A stretch of 64,000 nt of DNA from positions 191,424 to 255,423 of the forward strand of contig CAXHJY010000523.1 of the NCBI GenBank assembly GCA_964016885.1, written 5' to 3'. Position numbers and translations under genes: made by a program. A model generated the notes under the pieces. It had not been told where the DNA came from. It saw nothing but the letters and a program-made list of their open reading frames with translations, and made no database searches. Below are positions 57,021-64,000 of this stretch, piece after piece. Numbering within the stretch: position 1 is the first letter of the stretch; the number at the start of each line of letters is the position of its first letter. Origin of the DNA: Eledone cirrhosa. Its lineage: Eukaryota.

Positions 57021-57853
57021 ACTTACACATACATATATACACTCCATACTCATAGAAACACACATATATGTATTTACATACATACACATTATATACAGGC
57101 ACACATATATATATTGTATACATATACAGACACATATATACATTATATCCACATACATATATACACTGCATACACATAGAGAGACATATTATATACACAT
57201 ACTGACACACGTATACATGTATCTACACATATTTACACACACATACATTATATAAACTTATACACACACATACATTATATATATATACATACACATACAT
57301 TATATACATACACAATACACATAAATATACTGTATACACATAATATACACATACCGACACATATACATGTGTTTATACATATTTACACACATATACATTA
57401 TAAACACATACAGACACACACATATATATATATAGACACATACAGACACACATATACATTGCACACACACACATATATATATATATAGACACATATACAC
57501 ATACACAGACACTTATAACATATGTTTACACATGCATACAGACATACATATATATTGCTTACACATACAAAAACAGATATACAATATACACACATATATA
57601 TATATATATGCTTACTTATACACAGACATACATCACTTACACATACACACAAACACACATTTACATTGTATACTAGCACCTCCAACACCACCACTTACAC
57701 ACTGACCCACATACATATGTTTACACAATATGCTGGCACATACATTCAGAAGCACACTCATACATTTGCACACACATGCAAATACACACACACACACACA
57801 CACATGCAAACATACATTCAGAAGCACACTCATACATTTGCACACACATGCAA

Positions 57854-57903
<50 letters not shown>

Positions 57904-58045
57904 ACACACACATGCAAACATACATTCAGAAGCACACTCATACATTTGCACACACATGCAAATACACACACACATACAAACATACATTCAGATGCACACA
58001 TACACACTCAGAAGCACACACATTCAAACACTGACACATATGAAT

Positions 58046-58114
<69 letters not shown>

Positions 58115-58200
58115 TACATTCAGAAGCACACACACACATTCAGAAGCACACACATTCAAACGCTGACACATGCAACTTACACACACATACATACAGAGTT
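56907..58200. repeat. Degenerate (TA)/(CA) microsatellite region with short CATTCAGAAGCACAC-containing tandem units
   Basis: Read directly. Confidence 0.9.
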
Positions 58201-58399
58201 ACTTATACAGTGAAGCTGTGTAAAGGTGTATATGTGGAAAGTGGTGGGGTGTATATAAGAGAAGAAGAAAGAGTTAGGAGTTAAGTGGAGTGTTACCAGT
58301 CACTGTAAAGGTACTGTATACCCAGGCTTGTATTTCTGAATAAACAGATTTCACAATATAATATAAACAATAGAAGAACTGAAGGGAAACAGTAACAGG

Positions 58400-60150
58400 G
58401 GTGGTGGTGGTAGAGGTTGTGGTGGTGGTGGTGGTGGTAGAGGTTGTGATGGTGGTGGTGGTGGTGGTGGTAGAGGTTGTGGTGGTGGTGGTGGTGGTAG
58501 AGGTTGTGATGGTGGTGGTGGTGGTGGTGGTAGAGGTTGTGATGGTGGTGGTGGTGGTACAGGTTGTGATGGTGGTGGTGGTAGTGGTAGAGGAGGTGGT
58601 GGCAATGGTGGTGACGGTGGTGGTGGTGATGATGGTATTAGTGATGGTGGCAGTGGTAGTGATTGCAATGGTGGTGGTAGAGGTGATGGTGGCAGTGGTA
58701 GTGGTAGAGGTGGCAGTGGTAGAGGTGGTGGTAGAGGTGGTAGTGGTAGAGGTGGCAGTGGTAGAGGTGGTGGTGGCAGTGGTAGAGGTGGTAGTGGTAG
58801 AGGTGGTGGTGGCAGTGGTAGTGGTAGAGATGATGGTGGCAGTGGTAGAGGTGATGATGGCAGTGGTGGTGGTAAAGGTGATGGTGGCAGTGATGGTGGT
58901 AGAGGTGATGATGGCAGTGGTGGTGGTAAAGGTGATGGTGGCAGTGGTGGTGGTAGAGGTGATGGTGGCAGTGGTGGTGGCAGTGGTGGTGGTAGAAGTG
59001 GTGGTGGAAGTGGTGGTGGTAGAGGTGATGGTGGCAGTGGTGGTGGTAGAGGTGATGGTAGCAGTGATGGTGGTAGAGGTGATGGTGGCAGTGGTGGTGG
59101 TGGTAGAGGTGATGGTGGCAGTGGTGGAGGTAGAGGTGATGGTGGAAGTGGTGGTGGTAGAGGTGATGGTGGCAGTGATGGTGGCAGTGGTGGTGGTAGA
59201 GGTGATGGTGGCAGTGGTAGTGGTAGAGGTGATGGTGGCAGTGATGGTGGTAGAGGTGATGGTGGCAGTGGTGGTGGTAGAAGTGGTGGTAGAGGTGATG
59301 GTGGTAAAGGTGATGGTGGCAGTGGTAGAGGTAGAGGTGATGGTGGCAGTGATGGTGGTAGAGGTGATGGTGGCAGTGGTGGTGGTAGAGGTGATGGTGG
59401 CAGTGATGGTGGCAGTGGTGGTGGTAGAGGTGATGGTGGCAGTGGTAGTGGTAGAGGTGATGGTGGCAGTGGTAGAGGTAGAGGTGATGGTGGCAGTGGT
59501 GGTGGTAGAAGTGGTGGTAGAGGTGATGGTGGTAAAGGTGATGGTGGCAGTGGTAGAGGTAGAGGTGATGGTGGCAGTGATGGTGGTAGAGGTGATGGTG
59601 GCAGTGGTGGTGGTAGAGGTGATGGTGGCAGTGGTAGAAGTAGAGGTGATGGTGGCAGTGATGGTGGAAGTGGTGATGGTGGCAGTGGTGGTGGTAGAGG
59701 TGATGGTGGAAGTGGTGGTAGTAGAGGTGATGGTGGCAGAGATAGTGGTAGAGGGGATGGTGGCAGTGGTGGTGGTAGAGGGATGGTGGCAGGGGTAGTG
59801 GTATGGTGGCAGTGGTAGTGGTGATGGTGGCAGTGGTAGTGGTAAAGGTGATGGTGGTAGAGGTGGTAGTGGTAGTGGTGATGGTGGCAGTGGTAGTGGT
59901 AGAGGTGATGGTGGCAGTGACAGTGGTAGAGGTGATGGTGGCAGTGGTGGTGGCAGTAGTAGTGATGGCAATGGTCGTGGTGGCAGTGATGGTAGCGGTG
60001 GCCATGGCAGTGATGATGATGTTGTTGGAAATAGTGGTGGTGGTGGTGGTGGTGATGATGGTGGCTGTGATGGAGATGGTCATAGTGGGGGGAGGAGGTA
60101 GTAGTGGGGTTGGAGGTGCTTGTAGAGATGGTGGTGGTGGTGGTAGCAGG
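58400..60150. repeat. (GTG)n-derived cryptic minisatellite (GTGGTAGAGGTGATGGTGGCA-type units)
   Basis: Read directly. Confidence 0.93.
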
Positions 60151-60519
60151 ATTAGCAAGGGTTATTGTTGGAGAGTGTGGTAATACTAACTGGGTGGGTA
60201 ATGTAATGATGGGAGAGAGAAAGAGACAGGGACTGTGTGTAAAATGATTTTGAAAGGTATGTGTGTGTTTTGTGGTGTACGTTCATGTGTAAGTGCTCAT
60301 GTGTGTGTGTGTGTGTAACATTTAAACAGATGCTAATGTATTTTTTTTTCTCGAAAGAAAACATTGATTCCACACACGCACACAACACACACATACATAC
60401 AGTTTAATAATGTAAAAAAATGATCCCCTCTGTTGGTGATTTTTTTTTTTCTTATCAATATCAACCAGTTTTCAAGGACCAGCAGCATATTTTTCATTTA
60501 ATTTCTGATGAGCTGATAA

Positions 60520-60734
60520 CCCTTTAGTATTTAAACCAGCCATATCCAGCCAGAATTCTCTTATTTCTTTCCGCTCAAACCAGCCATAATTTGCTACTCA
60601 TACTGATGTTAATGTATTGTTCTCAAAATAAATAATATCAAAATTTCATAGATTCGATATTATGTGAGACATTATGTGAGGTAAAGCCTTTACCTTGACA
60701 ATATAATAGTATATATAATGTAAATGATAAAGGG
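60520..60734. mobile_element. MITE family 1 in reverse orientation, flanked by ATAA
   Basis: Reverse complement of 32738-32958; ATAA at 60516-60519 and 60735-60738. Confidence 0.82.
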
Positions 60735-61179
60735 ATAAGCGATTCTTATATGTCAATATGAAGATATTTTCAGTTTAAAAACAAATGTACGTATATCTCG
60801 CAGTTGATTATATTTGTTATTAGTAAAATGTATATAAATTGATTAAATAAATGACTTAGTTAATTCCACCTATTCATTATTCTATATATCATCATTATTT
60901 AACGTCCATTTTTTCCATGCTAGCATGGGTCAGATGAGGTGTCCCATTGTGAGACAAGTCAGATCAGATGTCCATGTCTTGCTCATACAGAATTGTTTCT
61001 GGCTTATGTATATCATCATCCCCATTCAACGTCCATTTGTCCACACTAGCATGAGTTAAATGAGTTGTCCTGTTTGAGATCTGATGACAATGTCTTGCTT
61101 ATACAGGACTTATTTTTCTTAATGCCAACCACATTTACATACATACAAACATACATACGTATGTATGTAAAGAGGAATC

Positions 61180-61224
61180 AGCTTGATTATAGTTTCAGGT
61201 GTTATTAGGTTCTCATCAGCAACT
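61180..61224 (-). ncRNA. Degenerate hammerhead motif
   Basis: Minus strand: AGTTG CTGATGA GAACCTAATAACACCT GAAA C TATA A TC AAGCT; core intact, stems damaged. Confidence 0.45.
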
Positions 61225-61337
61225 ATTTACGTTGCTCTTAGCTCAACACCGTAAAATTGTATTAAAGACACTATTTGAAAAACAAAAGTTAATTTTCAGC
61301 TCCCATTCATGCAGGTTTAGCTGACCTCCTATGAGGT

Positions 61338-61559
61338 TGTATTTCATGAAAGGTTTCTTGGGTGTTTTAATGATAGGAGACCCATTATATATATATATAT
61401 ATACATGGTGGCTGCCAACTCGTTTTCGAGTACGGCCACTACTTTATATCCATGAAGTAGTGGCCATACTCGAAAACGAGTTGGCAGCCACCATGTATAT
61501 ATATATATATAATGGGTCTCCTATCATTAAAACACCCAAGAAACCTTTCATGAGATACA
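61338..61559. repeat. ~220-bp fold-back palindrome
   Basis: ~110-bp arms with few mismatches and a ~4-nt loop at ~61448-61451; the inner arm matches 43227-43275. Confidence 0.93.
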
Positions 61560-61570
61560 TATATACATAT

Positions 61571-62089
61571 ATATATACATAAATAGCAATTTCTGTGTTT
61601 CTTTGTTTGTTTGTGAACCTAAAACTCAAAAACTACCAAACCGATCTTGATGAAACTTGACACGTGTGTGGGGCTCATGCCCATTTGATTTCTTACGTAT
61701 ATTTCATTTTAATCAAAGGGTTCCCAAGGGGCTCAAACCCCTGCTGAGAATGTTTTCCCTTCGATTTATATGAAATTTAAACCATAGGTAAATAACAAGA
61801 TATGATGCCGATTTACAAAATTTCAGCAAATTTCAATAATAATAAGACACCCTAATGGGGGTTCTATTATTTTCCTTATAGCAACACTCAACTTCTCTGA
61901 CAAACATGTTTTCACCTGACCAATGCAATCAACAATATTTGTTTGTATTATTGTTTCGTAAATGAATTTGTCTTCGCTTTTCATTATCTGTCCTATATTT
62001 AGATTTCATTTTTGGTCTGAGAGGCATTGGGCATTTTAATGGGAACTGGGAATACCCCCGCTCCCAGGTATTATGGGATACCTCAGCTA

Positions 62090-62090
<1 letters not shown>
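61571..62090 (+). mobile_element. Probable non-autonomous Helitron (second family)
   Basis: Starts ATATACATAAATAGCAATTTCTGT-(TTTG)n and ends with a GC-rich hairpin-like segment and CTAG before T in (TA)n. Confidence 0.55.
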
Positions 62091-62129
<39 letters not shown>

Positions 62130-62132
<3 letters not shown>

Positions 62133-63376
62133 AAAATTAACCTGTCTAAGACTAAAGTTCTAGTTTGTAGGAAGGAAAATAGGGCACCGGTTCCATCCGG
62201 GAAATGGCCATGCTCAGTGTGTAGGAAAGGAGTAGGTAGAAACTCCATTTTATGTCCCAAATACAAAGTATGGGTGCATAAAAGATAAGCTAACTAAGAA
62301 CATAGATTTTATATGTGGCCGGTGCTCTGGTGCAATAAGTAGCAGCAAGTGCCCACAAAATACTAGCTCATTCAATTGCACAGATGGTTCTATAGAAATA
62401 GTGGACACCTTCTGTTACCTGGGTGACAAAATCAGCAGTGGTGGAGGGTGCTCTGAAAGTACAGTAGCTAGGGTCAGAACTGGATGGAAAAAGTTCAGAG
62501 AGCTTATACCACTATTAGCCGCTAAAGGGTTCTCTCTAAAAATGAAAGGCAGGCTGTATGATGCCTGCATACGAACAGCAATGTTACATGGCAGTGAGAC
62601 CTGGGCATTGTGTGCAGAGGATATATGCAGTTGGAGAGGAACGAAGCTTGCATGCTCCGCTGGATGTGTAATAGTAATATACGTGAACGGCAAAGCATAA
62701 ACGAACTAAGGGAAAAATTAGAAATAAGAGGGATCAGATGTTGTTTACTCGATAGAAGACTACGTTGGTATGGTCACGTGATGCGCATGAAAGACGACAG
62801 CTGTATAAAAAAAGTGCAGGGCAATAAAAATAGACGGTAGCCACGGAGTAGGCAGACCCAGAAAAACGTGGGACGACTTGATAAATTCCGACCTCACACA
62901 TTTACACCTCTCCAAGACAATGTCACTGGACTGAGATCTTTGGCGCTACACAGTAATACAGAAGACCCGCCTTACCTAAGTACAAATTGAAACCTACTAC
63001 AGTCAGTAGGCACCTCTAACAAAAATACACCCTCGTCCCACTACCCCTACCCCATCCACACCATCCCTTTCAATGTAAAGTTATGTTGGTACCACAACAC
63101 ATCCAGTCCGGAATAAATGAGGTTGTGTAGGTGTCACGACAAAAAAAACACACAGTCCACGCTGTAATGTGGCCGTGTAGGCACAGTAAAAACCTCCCAG
63201 ACCACACTGTAAACGTGGTTAGTGTTAGGAAGGGCATCCAGCCGTAGAAAACTCGCCAGACAATCTTATGCGAGCAAGACAACCACTCTTGCCTCAAGTG
63301 GGAAAACTCCCGTCCAAACCCATGCAAGCGTGGAAGATGGACATTAAACGATGATGATGATGATGATGATGATGAT
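62130..63376 (+). mobile_element. 5'-truncated RTE/BovB-type LINE with frameshifts, long 3'UTR and (GAT)n tail
   Basis: LKINLSKTKVL..GKWPCSVCRKGVGRNSILC...WVHKR*..FICGRC...IEIVDTFCYLGD...LHGSETW...RRLRWYGHVMRM; 3'UTR contains TAGGAAGGGCATCCAGCCGTAGAAA. Confidence 0.92.
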
Positions 63377-63839
63377 ATATATACACACACAAAAAGAGCC
63401 TTCTTCAGTTTCTGACTACCAAATTCATTCACAAGGCATAGTATGTATATATATATATAAATACGTATATTGCAGCAACAAACATTCTAAGGTAATTTTC
63501 CCTGCTAATGCAGGTGTTAGCCTTGCAGGTCCCATGGTAAGCTTCTCCATTCCTTCTCATCAACAGCTTGGTTTTCATTTCGTCCTCCTTCATGTCTTTC
63601 TTGGTCTTCCCTCTCCTCCATTTCCTTCCATCACTCCTCTAACCCAGTCACTTTCATCCTTACTCAACATGACACACACACATATATATATATATAACAA
63701 AGAAACAAAGAAGGTGTGGTAAGATACCAGGTGGACCATAACACACCAGAGTACTCGATACTTTGGGTAGTAGAGTGGGTAATAGTTTGGATCTAGCTGT
63801 CGAAACGGCCCGGAGCTCAGAGGTCGGGGTCCTGACTCT

Positions 63840-63895
<56 letters not shown>

Positions 63896-64000
63896 GGATT
63901 CAGTTTGAAACTCGTTAGACCATTACTCAACAGAGTACTTGATACTGGGGTAGTAGAGTATGGTTATATTATAAAGAGTCTGGAACTGGCTGTTTTAACT

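Noticed and set aside
58274-60183. Mucin-like Thr-rich, His-rich and Val-rich ORFs
   Set aside because: A (GTG)n-derived repeat open in several frames, with frameshifts between segments and no signal peptide or domain.
60505-60520. Isolated CTGATGA motifs (also ~41204 minus, ~41360, ~53656)
   Set aside because: No correctly placed stem II, GAAA and UH.

Overview
Eukaryotic, AT-rich, repeat-saturated non-coding DNA. It is most likely an octopod cephalopod; this is inferred from SINE and RTE families recognised from memory, not from a search. No intact host gene is supported: the long ORFs are translations of tandem repeats and the real coding remnants are retroelement fragments. The window holds a >15.6 kb minisatellite (37-bp core + (CA)n) with a ~3.3 kb higher-order period and a 21-bp two-variant satellite. 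It also holds two or three tRNA-derived SINE families, RTE, L1/Tx1 and CRE-type LINE fragments, TTAA- and TA-flanked MITEs and non-autonomous Helitrons. The most interesting signal is a set of unrelated small (TA)n-associated elements carrying minimal type I hammerhead ribozyme motifs (41.6, 43.1, 45.9, 46.9 and 61.2 kb, plus weaker ones). Several have a downstream AATAAA, terminal redundancy or fold-back palindromes, a Penelope pLTR/retrozyme-like architecture. Also notable are a possible HDV-like ribozyme remnant, a near-perfect 800-bp palindrome centred on a SINE tail, and a SINE whose 3' tail was swapped for that of a local RTE LINE family.
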